Shown: one piece after another, positions 46,952-59,527 of the stretch
Layout: every line of letters starts with the position of its first letter
Numbering within the stretch: the stretch's first letter is position 1
NCBI GenBank assembly: GCA_905178155.1
Contig: CAJINV010000005.1
Span: forward strand, 306,999 to 370,998
DNA from: Amoebophrya sp. A120
Taxonomy: Eukaryota > Protista > Dinoflagellata
Length of the DNA: 64,000 nucleotides
Direction of reading: 5' to 3'
Program-made: the position numbers and the translations under genes
The notes under the pieces: generated by a model
The model's database searches: none
What the model saw: only the letters and a program-made list of their open reading frames with translations
What the model was told of the DNA's origin: nothing

Positions 46952-47349
46952 ATTTTGCTACCACTGGTGAGCAAAATGGAATTTTTTGACTGATAATTTG
47001 TCGTTCGGTCGCAGAATCCCTGCAGTCTTCTAGGTTTCCGTTGCTCGGAGGTGCGTGAGGCAGACGACAAATGCGCCCCAACGTCCAAAATGCAAAATGA
47101 AAATGGTTTTTATTACGACGCACTATCAATAGCATTCGTTTTCGTGACAGTGTAGGACTAGAAGCATTACGACAGAGTCAATGAGTAGCCCCTTCGGCTA
47201 GATACCCACGACAACGAATCACCGACGACCCCAGGTCATCGTGTTTGTAGTGTTTGCACTTTGAACGGGGACAGAAGCGACTTCTTTATCACAAATAAAA
47301 AAAAACGGAGTGCAGCTGCTCTACTAGTACGACACACGCACCAGCAAAA

Positions 47350-48135
47350 ATGGAAACTTCTTATGACGACGATCGTGGTGCGGCCTACCGCGAAGTCGTC
47401 CCTTCAGGTACTGCTGACGCCTCGAGAAGGCCTGTGGTCGGGCCGAACGCGAACAAGCCCAGACGAGTTCTGCGCAAGCTTGACCATATGACGTTTTTGG
47501 TTGGCGTTGGCGAAGAGCCCGGGGACCCTGCCCCGAAAATCGAGGTGCGCCTGCCGTGTTTGCTCCAGTGCCTGATGGGACCCTCGATCCCTAACAGCAC
47601 TTTGCCCCGGGACGCGGTGGTGATGCACCCGGACGAGTACGAAATCATCAAAGCCGCCCTGCAGGGGGAGTGGCAGGTGGTTCCCCTTTCCATGCCCGGA
47701 CACGCGCAGAATAACGGGTACCAGAAGAACGTCGCTTTCCAAAAAGTCATGGTGTCCGGCTTAAAATACAGTATGTACGGCGGTGGAGGGCAGGGCGCTG
47801 CTGCGGCTCAGACGGAGCAGCTGATCCAATTTTCGCGCGCGCAATCGTGGCCCAATCGCATCTTCATCATCGACGGTTGGGGGAGCTACCTGCAAACGGA
47901 GATCTCGGCATCGAATCCGAACCCGACCGAAGTGAAAATGAAAAATGGGCTGGGTTACGGGTTGATGTGGAAGCGCGAGCAGGCGTTTCTGAACGCGCAG
48001 CAAGGTGGAAGTACTGCGGCCGGTCAGGGCAAAGCAGTGGACAGGATCAAGCAGTTGACAGAAATGAAGTTCCAGGGGTTGATTACGGAAGCCGAATTTG
48101 AGCAGAAAAAAGCGAAAATCCTCGAGAGTGTGTGA
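47350..48135 (+). CDS. Hypothetical protein with C-terminal SHOCT domain
   Basis: Single 261-aa ORF ending DRIKQLTEMKFQGLITEAEFEQKKAKIL (SHOCT pattern). Confidence 0.8.
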   Translation: METSYDDDRGAAYREVVPSGTADASRRPVVGPNANKPRRVLRKLDHMTFLVGVGEEPGDPAPKIEVRLPCLLQCLMGPSIPNSTLPRDAVVMHPDEYEIIKAALQGEWQVVPLSMPGHAQNNGYQKNVAFQKVMVSGLKYSMYGGGGQGAAAAQTEQLIQFSRAQSWPNRIFIIDGWGSYLQTEISASNPNPTEVKMKNGLGYGLMWKREQAFLNAQQGGSTAAGQGKAVDRIKQLTEMKFQGLITEAEFEQKKAKILESV

Positions 48136-48779
48136 GTTTTGCTTTAGACGACCAGAAACTACATGTACATTAAGAATCTTCATCCGGTCATTAAGTTTAT
48201 TAACTTAGCAAACGGACGATATCGCTGCATATAGAACGACTGTCAAGTATAAATTGTTGTGGACAACGACTAGCGCGAGCGGACCCTGAGGATGTCCTGT
48301 GAAGCAATGACGCACGCCTTGACTTTGGTCGCAAATTTATGCATGCGAGTTCCAAGATTTTGCTTCAACGTTCGTAATCGCATCCTTGTATTGTATCATT
48401 GCTATCCTCTTTGTCTTTCTAAATTTTGTATTTAGGTTCCTTTCATCATTTCGACCATCATGCTGTCACTTTGTACTTTTATCAGTGTTTCCTCTTGATG
48501 CGCGTTATTGTAGAGACTGTAGAAGCTTTATTTCGTTTATTCATGCAGACACTAGCCTTCTCCCGCTTCCCGTGTTCAGTAACCTGCAGACTTAATAGTA
48601 TTCCGCTAGATGAATAGTAGCACTCAGCGTCTCTCTGTGGAGAATCGTTGTCGGCGCTTCAGCACAGGCAGGCCCATCTGCCGGCGATTTTCAAAGCGCC
48701 AGAACGGCTTTGGCGCGATCGATCCGGCGCCGGCCGGCGCGGCGGGCAGGTTGCCCGCTGCCGTCATCTTGCATGCTGG

Positions 48780-50965
48780 CGCCGGCGGGGCCGCGATCTG
48801 GCGGCGGGGGGCGGGCATGGTCGGGCACCGGCGTGGCCAGGGCCCGACACCGGCGTGGCCAGGGTCCGGCACCGGCGTGGCCACGACGTGGCACCGCCTT
48901 GGCCGCGGCCTGGCACTTGCAGGCATGGCCATGATCCCGCACCGGTTTGGCTATGCTCTGGCACAGGCAGGCAGGCAGGCTTGGCCATGATTCATCTGGC
49001 ACCGGCTTGGCCACGACCTGGCGCCGGCGGGCGCGGCCAGGCCATGTTCTGGCACCGGCCTGGCTTTGTCATGAGATGATCTGGCCCCGGCTTGGCCATG
49101 ACTTGGCGCCGGCTCCGGCTTGGCCACGACCCGGAGCCGGCTTGGCTTTGCCACCCCGGACCTGGAACCGGCTTGGCCATTGCCTGAGGAAGCGCCGGCC
49201 TTGCCGTGATCTGGCACCGACCGGCCTTGCCACGACCTGGCACCGGCAGGCTTGGCCATGGCGTGGCACCGGCCTGGCCATGACCTGGCACGGGCCTTGC
49301 CATGATCTGGCACCGGCTTGGCCATGATCTGGTGTCGGCCTTGCCGCGACCCGGCACCGGGCGGCTTGGCCATGATCTGGCGCCGGGTAGGTCGGCCATG
49401 ATCTGGCACCGGCTTGGCTTGCTTTGGCCATGATGTGGCACCGGGCGGCTTGGCAGGCTTCGCTGCTTCGAGGCTGGCTTCGCTGCTTCGAGGCTTCGCT
49501 GCTTCGGGGCTTCGCTGCTTCGGGGTTTCGCTGCTTCGAGGCTTCGCTGCTTCGAGGCTTCGCTGCTTCGAGGCGTTGCCGCTTCGAGGCTTTGCGGCTT
49601 CGAGGGTGCGCTGCTTCGAGGCTTCGCCGCTTTGAGGGTTCGCTGGCTGCTTCGAGGCTTCGCTGCTTCGAGATTTCGAGGCTTCGCCGCTTCGAGGCTT
49701 CGCCGCTTCGGCGTTTCAAGGCCTCATCGTTTCGAGGCTTCGCCGCTTAGAAGCTTGGGCACTTTGTCTGCATTTCGTTGTTGTTGTTTTTCGTTTCTAG
49801 TCTTTGTTTTCGTTTTGTTTTCATTCTTTGTTTGCGTTTTTCGTTTCTATTCTTTCTTTTCGTTTTTCGTCTCCGCTCTTTGTTTTCGACTTGGACCTGA
49901 TCTGGCACCGGTTTGGCCATGATCTCATCTGGCACCGGTAGGATTGGCGGGCTTCCTCTGGCCACGACCTGGCGCCGGCTCATGCTTGGAGGTACCGACC
50001 CGCAAACTGCTGCCCCGCCTCGCGGCTTCGGGGCTTCGCTGTTTCGGGTCTTCGCTGCTTCGGGGCTTCGGGGCTTCGCTATTTCGGGGCTTCGGGGCTT
50101 CGTTGCTTCGGGGCTTCGCTGCTTCGGGGCTCCGCTGCTCCGAGGCTTCGCTGCTTCGGGGCTTCGTTGCTTCGGGGCCTGGAGCCTTCGCTGCTTCGAG
50201 GGTCTGTTGCTTCGAGGCTTCGCTGCGTCGAGGCTTCCTTCGCTGTTTCGAGGCTTCGCCGCTTCGAGGCTTCGCTGGCTGCTTCGGGGCTTCGCTGCTC
50301 CGCGGGTTCCGTTCGCTGCTTCGAGAGTTCGCCGCTCCGGGGCTTCGCCCTTCGGGGCTTCGCTGCTTCGGGGGGCTTCGCTGCTTCGGGGGGCTTCGCT
50401 GCTTTGGGGCTTCGGGGCTTCGCTGCTTGTTCGAGGCTTCGCTGCTTGCTCGAGGCTTCGCTGCTTGGTCGAGGATTCGCTGCTTGTTTGAGGCTTCGCT
50501 GCTTGTTCGAGGCTTCGGGGCTTCGCTGTTTCGAGGCTTCGCTGTTTCGAGGCTCCGCTGCTTCGAGGCTTCGTCGTTTCGAGGCTTCGCNNNNNNNNNN
50601 NNNNNNNNNNNNNNNNNNNNNNNNNNNNNNNNNNNNNNNNNNNNNNNNNNNNNNNNNNNNNNNNNNNNNNNNNNNNNNNNNNNNNNNNNNNNNNNNNNNN
50701 NNNNNNNNNNNNNNNNNNNNNNNNNNNNNNNNNNNNNNNNNNNNNNNNNNNNNNNNNNNNNNNNNNNNNNNNNNNNNNNNNNNNNNNNNNNNNNNNNNNN
50801 NNNNNNNNNNNNNNNNNNNNNNNNNNNNNNNNNCATTCTTTGTTTTCATTCTTTGTTTTCGTTTTTCGTTTCTATTCTTTGTTTTCGTTTTTCGTTTCCA
50901 TTCTTTGTTTTCGTTTTTCGTTTCCATTCTTTGTTTTTGTTTTTCGTTTCTATTGTTTGTTTTTA
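48780..50965. repeat. Composite satellite: (TGGCACCGGCTTGGCCATGATC)n / (GCTTCGAGGCTTCGCT)n / T-rich (TTTGTTTTCGTTTTTCG)n blocks
   Basis: Blocks at about 48780-49455, 49457-49747 and 49770-49890, then again at 49895-49980, 50020-50590 and 50834-50965. Confidence 0.85.
50591..50833. other. Assembly gap (N run)
   Basis: 243 consecutive N inside the satellite. Confidence 1.
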
Positions 50966-51441
50966 TTGCGGGATACTATTAAATAATGGGTTTTCTGACT
51001 TATAACTAGTCATGGTAGAGATTGCAATATCCGTTTATGTATACGTTGAAGTAAGGTTTTTACCATACTTTCTCGAACGCGCAAGCGTGGCAGGATGTTC
51101 TGATGTATCACAAAAGTGTGCTGGCTCCTTCCGATTTTCGATACTGCATGGTAAGCTTCTGAAACCGCTCCTGTGTGTACATGTTTCATTTTCGCACGAG
51201 GATTTACTTACGTTTACCGTGAGCGTATAAAAGTAATTCCGATAATTGTCGTGATTGATCAGGAGCAGGGCGTAGCTCTTATTGCTGAAAAGATCTTGTC
51301 CGTGATGAAAATTTGCCAAGAAGATAAGATGAAGATTACAGTGTGAAAAAATTTTTTTGAATTCATCACATTTCATTCGTTCGTCACCCCCTATTACGTA
51401 CCACGACTCCGCTGCCCCTGGTAAGTGCCCCTGCTACCATC

Positions 51442-52653
51442 ATGGCTTCCTCTTCTTCTTCCTCTCTTCGTGGGAACAATGCGGGTCTTTTCCTGCCCGC
51501 GTGGTCCGTAAAGGAGGGGGACGAGCAACGGGAGCAAGTGTGCGACTTTCTCTGGGACACCGACCAGGAATGCGGGTTTCTGGGGTCGCCCTGGAACGAG
51601 CACGAGCGCGCGCCGGCTTGGTACCGCAGCCCGTGGTCGGCGAAGTATTTCCGGGGCCCGCATTCCTTCCGCGAGGGCCGGTTGGTCAGCGTGGCGGAGA
51701 ACGAGGAACGACCACGGGAACGCGTGGACGAGTTGCTGGGACACATGAGAAGTACGGAGCAGGAATTCAACGATCTGTTCTCTAAATACGTCGATTACTA
51801 CTATGGCAAGGACGCTGCGGTCAGCACGGTAATTCTCTGGGCCCCGCACCAGCAGCAGAATTTTAGCAGCAGTACGTCAACATCAGCGGGTACGGCAACA
51901 AGTACAACGAGAATGGGGGCTGGTGGCGCGACCACAGGTTTTAATCCTCATCATGCGCCAGCCGCGTCAGGGGACCAGCGCAACATGAAGCTGAAAAACT
52001 CGTTTTTCCTTTCCGCGAGCGTGCTCGACCCGGAGGAGGACGCTGTGCTCGAGGGCGTCTTTCTAGTGAAAAAACTGGAAACCCACCCCGAAAAGGACCT
52101 CGTTCATCGTTCTGCTGAAGATGTGCCTCCATCGCTGCAAGATGGAGGCCGCGGAGTAGAGAGGAAAAATATTTCATCATCGTCTTCTTCGCAAGTAGAT
52201 GTTGAAAATGTGGTACAACATGAAAATAAATCCGTTGAGTGGAACGCGATCCACCGTATCCGGCTCTCCGAGCTTTCAGCCAAGAAGCTCCTCCACGCGG
52301 CGACGCAAACCACCTCGGTGTTCCGGGTGTGGACCTGCGTGATCCTGACGCACAGCACGAAACAGGAAAAGGCGGGCCAGGTGGTGCAGCGCACCCGGGA
52401 GGAGAAGCACCGGAAGGGGAAGCGGGTGGAGATTTTTGGGAGGATGGTGGAGAACATCGAGAACGAGATCCGAAACACGCTGGAGAGTGTGTATCTCCCG
52501 AAACACCAAGATTTGCTGCTGCAGGAGCTGAATTGCATGGGGCCGAACCTGCAACAGCAGAAAAGCCAATTGCGCTCTGAGTTGCAGGCCAAGCTCGTCC
52601 AGGACATGATGATCGTGGAGCAGGATGATGAAAAGGAAGATTTCCAATTATGA
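51442..52653 (+). CDS. CAPZB: Divergent F-actin capping protein beta subunit
   Basis: YRSPWSAKY, EFNDLFSKYVDYYY..AVSTVILW, GVFLVKK, WNAIH and GRMVENIENEIRNTLESVY parallel the CP-beta motifs YRSPWSNKY, FDQYRDLYFEGGVSSVYLW, WDSIH and GRLVEDMENKIRSTLNEIY. 5' end may be incomplete. Confidence 0.75.
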   Translation: MASSSSSSLRGNNAGLFLPAWSVKEGDEQREQVCDFLWDTDQECGFLGSPWNEHERAPAWYRSPWSAKYFRGPHSFREGRLVSVAENEERPRERVDELLGHMRSTEQEFNDLFSKYVDYYYGKDAAVSTVILWAPHQQQNFSSSTSTSAGTATSTTRMGAGGATTGFNPHHAPAASGDQRNMKLKNSFFLSASVLDPEEDAVLEGVFLVKKLETHPEKDLVHRSAEDVPPSLQDGGRGVERKNISSSSSSQVDVENVVQHENKSVEWNAIHRIRLSELSAKKLLHAATQTTSVFRVWTCVILTHSTKQEKAGQVVQRTREEKHRKGKRVEIFGRMVENIENEIRNTLESVYLPKHQDLLLQELNCMGPNLQQQKSQLRSELQAKLVQDMMIVEQDDEKEDFQL

Positions 52654-53129
52654 GGATTTCTTGCAAGGTTTTTGTTTTTGATAATCGCGGACCACAATGC
52701 TAAGAATCGCAGTCGCCTCTTAGTTACGGGTGGAACGGTAGCAAAGCAGCAAGTTGATCATCCTGGCGTCGCTTTGCAGAGTGTGATTTGCTTCGCACTT
52801 GTTTTTTTTTCAGTGCTGCAGCGTGTTCGTGACTGCCAGATCATCAATGAAGGACAGGAAGCGAAAGCAGCAAAAGTCACAGAATAAGAAACCCGACTCA
52901 TGTGTGTATTGTTTCGCTGAAATACTTCTCTTCACCAATTTTTCTACAGGAGAACAGACGGAGCCGTGCTTCCACTCTACTCGGTTCTGCTTTTCTTTGC
53001 TGTGGTCTTTCCATGCACTTTCTTCATCAATGAACAATTCTTTTCAAAACACACAAAAATTCACCATGAAGTTGTGAAAGTGTAAATCTCGTAAAGTGTA
53101 GTAGAAATAACCCTCAAACGTGATCAAAC

Positions 53130-56100
53130 ATGTTGCTCCGCCAGCACGCCTCGGGCTTGCTTGTCGCAAGCCTTTCTCTACTGCTGCTATTCAGCGCTAC
53201 AGACTGCGGCGCAGCTGCTTCCATCGGGGCCCCGAACCTAGCATCGGGCGGGACTTCCACGGAGCATGATGAAGTAGAAGAGCTCACTGCTAAGGCAGCC
53301 TCAGCAGACGCCGAGGACAGCGAGCCGGATATTTATTTCAATCCAAAACTGAATATTACGAACCAGCTGGAACAAGCTAGGCGGGAAGAACCATGCGGGT
53401 TGTCTACTACTTCAACGGAGCTTCCAGTGGTGAGTTCCAGAACAGGTGACTTATGTCGCAACAGGACGAGCATCTTGGGACGAGGACCCTCGTCGTCCAC
53501 ATTGGGATCTTCCCTACGCGATCTCCCCGAAATAGGCACGCCAGGAGAACAACCTGCAGCGACTGCAGCGAGTGCGGCGTCAGCCTCTATTTCCGGAGCG
53601 TCTTCCTCCGCCGGCAGCGTAGGTAGTGCTGGGAGCGCTTCTTACAGTTTTCCGGCTTTTAAGCGACATCCTGTAGGAGTTGTTGCGAGGAGAAATACTA
53701 ATAAAGATCGACAAGGCCGCGCCGAAGAGTCGATTCCGTGCGAGAAGCTTCGTGGATGGGGTGACATCTTCTTGCAGAATCGTTTCTCCTCATCCGTGCC
53801 GTCACCTGGCACTGGTCGTCTATTGACCATGAGGAGCCAGAGCAGGACGGAGGACTTTCACGCCAACATCGATTGCGGCAGGATGAAAAAGGACTACAGT
53901 AAGGATTTTACGCAGACCATTGCAGCCGAAGATGAAGATCATGCTTTCGCAAATAAAGTAGCCGCGGAAATGAACGAGCATTTCGACGTTTGGATGCAAA
54001 AGCAGAGAGAAGCGGCCAGCACTCCCTCGAGCTCGAGCACCAGTAGGCCGATGGGTGGAGCGGGTAAAACTACGGAAAATATCAGAGTGCCAGCTCCTGC
54101 TGCACCGACGGCGCTCCAACCCGACGCACAGGAAGCAGTAGGCAAGCGACCTCCACTACTAGCACAGCAGGATATAATGTCTACCATCACGATGGAGGAC
54201 GGTATTGCCGGTCTTAACCTGTCACCAGCCGAGGCGGCAGCGAATCAAAATTATCCCCAGAACGTTAACAAGGAACAGTTTTGCTGCGAGGCACTGTTGC
54301 GGTGTTTTGACTGCGGGCTGTGGAAATTTTTGTGCGTAAAGATGAACGATAAACGGCTGAAAACCTTGGCCGCCTACAAGGAGCAAGTACGAAGAGGGAA
54401 AGGAACAGCGGAAAATAGTAGAGATCACCGAGATCATCGTTGTGAGGCGGTAGGCGCGCAGAACTACTACGCTCGTCATCGTCGAGAAGACCACGACCAG
54501 CACGAACCACGACTGAGGCGCGGGTCAACAAGCGTACTACCGTCTGATGTGTCTACTTCACTTGCACAGGGACAGGAGACTTTTTATCCGCTGAATAGTG
54601 GCCGCCCTGCTGCTGCTGCTCCCCCATCGCGACCATGGTCCGCGCTGTCCTTCTCAGCACCAGCACCCGTAGGTGCATTGGTGTCTCCGCGCCGAAGCCA
54701 TTTGTTCCAAAACGAGTCGGGCGCAGCTAGGATGAGACGAAGCGAAGTGCTGGGTCCGGAACAGCAACAGGATCCTCATAGGACACGAAGTCTTGGTACT
54801 AATTCGGTACTTGATGAAGACCGGGACGACGACCACGACCAAGAACTCCAATCCTTTCCGCCGATGAAGCGCTTTGAATTAAAAACTATCAATGGTGTCG
54901 TCAGCGCATATACCACGGCGGACGGAGAGCCGTTGGCCCCGTGGGTTAGCGGGCTGTTTTTCACGGAGAACGGGAAGGTTCTGATCCAGCAAAGAGAGAA
55001 CAAGCCACGACGAGAAAACAATGCGGAGGCCGCTCGCGCCCTGAAGCAGAAGCTGCTGGGCGATGAGACTGGACCTGGTGCAACTACCTCCACTGGGAGG
55101 GCCCACGAGGCGAAAACATCAAACCAGTCTTCTTCAGAGAAGAGAAAAGAAGAAGACAAGCTTGATTCGGGACAAATCGAATTAGATTTAGAGTCCTCGC
55201 AGGCAAAAAGAGAAACTGCTTCATATTTCTCGTCCACCACGACCCCGACGGGTAACAAACAGGTTCTCAGACAACAGAAGTCCCTCCGCAGGCCGGACGT
55301 GCGGAGAACGGATTTATTTCTCTTTCAGGACGAGGACATCAACACTGTTGCCGAGAAAAGCGGTGTCAACATTTCAGCAAGGTACGCACCGGAGGACCAA
55401 CAAAGAGCAGGCTTTTCTTCGCCTGAACCACTTCCTTCGAAAGAGATTTTCGAAAAAACGGTACCAGCAACCTGCAGCTCATCATCGTCTGATCTCTACA
55501 GGGGCGATGGTCACAAGAATAAACACCCACCTTCGCATATCACGCAGAAAAAAACTGGCAGGTCATATTTGTAATGCAAAAATAAATAGACAAGAACTTG
55601 CATCGCATGCCCGAAATAGCATGCTACGAGGTCGCCCATGACAGATTTTTCCGTGTATTTATTTTTGCATTACAAATATGCCCTGCCAGCTTTTTTCTGT
55701 GGGATACCGCAACAAGAACAGGAAAAAGAAGCTGTCTTCGCTGGACTGGACGGCATGCCGCGGATCCGTTTTACCTTTGATGACGCGTGTCTGCAGCAAA
55801 TGGCGGAAGCGGCTTCTTGTCGTGGGGGTGGGGCCGGTGGTCCTTCTTCTGTGATGACGTCTTTAGAAGCGAGACGGAGCATGAAATTTCTCTTGCCGAC
55901 GAAGCAGGACTTCTTGTCTAGTGAGAGTCGAAATTCAATAGAACCAGGACCTGCTAGTACTTCCGCGAAGCCGGAGGGGACAAGCACAGGCAGTTCAGTT
56001 TCGCTCCTCTCCGGACATGCGACATGCAACGACCATGCCTTTGGCCGGAGTGTCGCGAAGAAGATTTGCGGCATGGGGCAGATCGTTGGGACTACGGTGC

Positions 56101-56192
56101 GAATGGACGATGATTTTTCTGCGAGCATCCTGAAACTCATGGATGAGTGTCCGAGTGAGCAGGCCGACGAAGGCTGCTTCTCGTGTACGTAG
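53130..56192 (+). CDS. Hypothetical secreted low-complexity protein (2 exons)
   Basis: Signal-peptide-like MLLRQHASGLLVASLSLLLLFSATDCG. Joins across introner 55538 (HPPS-QQEQEK). Confidence 0.65.
55538..55706. mobile_element. TIR introner, family C
   Basis: Colinear and highly similar to the 33306 copy. TSD TCGCA/CCGCA. Confidence 0.92.
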
Positions 56193-57671
56193 TCTTCAAC
56201 AGGGGCGGAGCGGCGAACGGTGCGGTTTGACCATCACTTTGTAGTTCCTGTTGCAACGATACTAATGATTTTTCATCTATAACAACGAAACAAGGGCTAG
56301 GCCGCGCCCGCAACTACTACAAGAAACATGCTGGCGCGGTCACTTTACTAGCTGCTGAGCAGTCTACTTTTGGAGGTACAGAGAGTCTATGGCCTGTGAT
56401 TTGTAGTACTTCTTTTTTCAACATCCTTAACGTCTTCATTTTGTACAGTTATTTGTACAGCTTTGATCAAATCTGCCGCAGGTCATGAGGGTGATTCTGT
56501 GCATGCGATTACGATTTGATTCTTGCCGCATATACTTAGTCAAGATTGTGCTTTGACCTTTTCAACCTGTAGTTCTTAGACAGTGGATCTCTACTTTGTC
56601 TCGCCTCAGAAACGTTGATGCGGGCAGTTGCATGGCTGACCACTTTTTTTGGCTATTATAGGCCGCGTGATCTTCGTATGGATTCGGCCACTGATATCTG
56701 CTTGGCGTAGAGGGAACAGTGGACGCCAATGTCGACTTTTGTTGATATCATTTTTGAAAATAGAGTTTGTACTCATGATATTCAAGGGGCGGCGCCACTG
56801 TCGATAAAATATTGCCACACGACAGGCAACTTCCATAGCTTGCAGTTGCAGCACGGATTTTCTTCTATAGGTTTTAGGGTTTTTACGTTGTGTGGTCCGA
56901 ACACCGAATGCTGTGAGCAGGTAATTTTATGCTAAATGAACCAATTGCAACTGCAAGTGCAACATCGCACAAAATGACTCGCAACTGTATAGAAGATGTA
57001 TCTCGAGCGCGACGCGCCAGTGACGATCGCGTGGGCTTCAGTCCCGACGAAAAATCAAGGTAGAGAACGTCAAAACGTGTCTTCATTTCACCCCAGGAGA
57101 AATTTGGTCTCGGCGACGGTGTGAAGATTTGTGATCGAACCTCGTGCTATCGTCCAATTTTTGATATGATTGTGCTTGCTTTTATTGAGAGGAGCGTCAG
57201 TTTCGAGCGAAGTCTGGTATAGCGTTTGTGGGTCAGATCGTTTTATTCGCGTCCTTTTCTTGTTTTCGTTTCTCGTCGTTCGCATCGTGCTCTGCCGACG
57301 GTTGTTAATTAATTTGTCACACCAAGCAATAAAAAACACCACGAAAATGCGCAAATTGAAATTCATCTCTAGCACGAGTAGAAGTTGTTTTGGAAGTAGG
57401 ACTTCTGCCGGTTTTCCGCGCGAGGTCGCCGACCCGGCGGCATAGATATAGTAGAACCGAGAATTAGTGGGTCAGGTCCTCACGGCAACTGGACGCGGCC
57501 CAGCTGCAGCTGCATTGATACGTACAAAAGGAAAGGGATTTACTTATTTCGACGTAATAAAGTTTTACGTACTTCTTGTGAAAAGAGCTGTGTCCTCCTC
57601 ACCCTTCCCCGTTGAAACAAAAACAAGAACTACAATTCTAACCTAAAAGTCCCATCCGCCCCCACTTCAAG

Positions 57672-59390
57672 ATGGCGTGCGTTGTTGGGCCCACCGACGC
57701 CGGGATGTCGAAATTCGACAAAGGCAATATTACGAAAGTTTTCCGAGTCTGGAGCGAACGAATCGACAAGGAGCTCGAGGTACGGCGTTTTTACACATCT
57801 ATGCGTCGCTTGTTGTTTATTTCTTGCGAAACGTCTCCCCTCATGATCCAGCATCCATGATAAGAAATACTTTTTAATCAAAACAGATAAATGTGTCAAC
57901 CGATAGACACTTTCGCGTGGCCCACATGCCGAGCATAATGCCGCAGAAGGTAAACAACTGGGACCCAACGAAGCAAAAGCTGGAAGACCCAAAAACACTA
58001 GAAAAATCCGTGAAATTCGACTACCCACCACCACACGAAATCACGGACATCAAATATGTCGGTAGGATTTTCTTCGTTACCATGGTAGCGTTTTGGTTTT
58101 CCTTTCGCACTGAATGTATGAAGATGCTAATAATGTGCACTCAATGTGGTGCTGAGCGCTCGATTTTTTTCTGTGCCTTCATCTTCGCAAACAAAAGAAC
58201 GCTCGCCATTGAATTTACAATTGGCAGATTATATATGAATCACGCCAGGTGTGCAAGCGTTTCCCCGCGAGCGGTTTGGCATTCCGCAGTCAGAGTACCA
58301 CAAAATAGGGTGGATGCAGACGCCAGCGGAGTTTAGAACGAAATTCGCAGTTGATTTGCTGGACAACAAGAAGGACAAGACCACGACGTTTTCAACCGGT
58401 TTGAGCAACATGAGGGACGACTACTGGAGGACACAGCAGGTACTATTTTTGACTTGCTGCTAAGATGCCCGTTTTTTTTTTGCCTTGTTTCACCACAGCG
58501 AGCTTTTGCTTTTTTATGTTCCCGACATTGGTTGATTGATTCGAAATCGAATTCGTACATGATCCGCACGTAATAACAGCGGCCAAAAGTGAAGAACCCG
58601 ATGGCGCACCACGTTGGCTACATCACTGGCCTGGGCGACAACCCCTACGAGAGAACCATCAAGCACCCGGAGAGGCTAAACCCAGTGGATCCGCTGACGC
58701 AGGAGTGGAAAGCCATGAAAAAGAAGGACCGGAAAATGAGAAAAAAGGTGGAGGAAGCCGGGTTTGAGGTGGCGCACCGGGAAAGAACGGAGAAAAAAAA
58801 GAAGAAAATGATGGATGTAGACCGGGATCTACTAGCGGACGCGGAAGTGGAAATAGCGGTATTATGATGGAGGTGGAGTTTTGCTAATGCTTTATTAGGT
58901 TTGTCTCTTTCATGCAAAAAACGCTTTAGGCTTGGCGTGGAACAATAACGAACGTTAACGTTCTGTGTTGTACAAAAGTTGAACAAAATCGACTACCAGT
59001 CCGACGCCGCGACGCCGTCCATAGTATCGTCGAACATGACTGACATGGTGAAGGCCCAAAGCCAAGAGCAAATCTTCCAGCTGAAAACCGAAAACTGCCA
59101 CAACGAACTGGTATTTTTTACCATGTGGTTTTGTTGAGTAGTTGCAAAAAACTGTATAATGACAGTAGGTTCCGGATTCGCACCAGAAAAAATTGTGATG
59201 CTTCACTATACAACTTAAACCTCAACTTGAAAAACAGCTGAAGAAATACGGGAGGTGGCGGAGCATTGCGGGCAACAAAAAATGGTTCCACCCGCTTTCG
59301 AACTCCGACGTGACGCTCTTCGCGGACGAGTACACAAAGCAAATGCTCACCGGCCCGCACATGAAGACGCAGCCACTGGTCAGTCGGTAG
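57672..59390 (+). CDS. Hypothetical protein, possibly FAM183/CFAP144-like ciliary protein (6 exons)
   Basis: GT-AG introns 57780-57886, 58062-58248, 58440-58579, 58859-58978 and 59111-59237 all join in frame. VWSERIDKE, PRERFGIPQSEYHKIGW and SDVTLFADEY recall FAM183-type motifs (weak, by eye). Confidence 0.6.
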
Positions 59391-59428
59391 GAAGAGAAGT
59401 CACGACGAGGACAGTGCAGGTGAGAATG

Positions 59429-59527
59429 TGAATGAATTTACCTAGATTATCACACTGAAGTCACACTGTTTGAATGAATTTACGCTTAGAATTGCAAAAC
59501 AAGACTGTTTGAATGAATTTACGCTTA
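59429..59527. repeat. Short direct repeats in the 3' flank
   Basis: ACTGTTTGAATGAATTTACGCTTA at 59465 and 59504, with a partial copy TGAATGAATTTAC at 59429. Confidence 0.7.

Noticed and set aside
46932-46993. Box C/D snoRNA (TGATGA...CTGA)
   Set aside because: No terminal stem or recognisable guide, and the other copy of the 28-mer has no matching D box.
48610-51005. Long ORFs on both strands (RSSEASKQ / LRGFAAS repeats)
   Set aside because: Products of stop-poor satellite DNA and the N gap.
59429-59527. CRISPR-like repeat-spacer pattern
   Set aside because: Only two full 24-bp copies with a 15-bp spacer, no cas genes, and a eukaryotic context.
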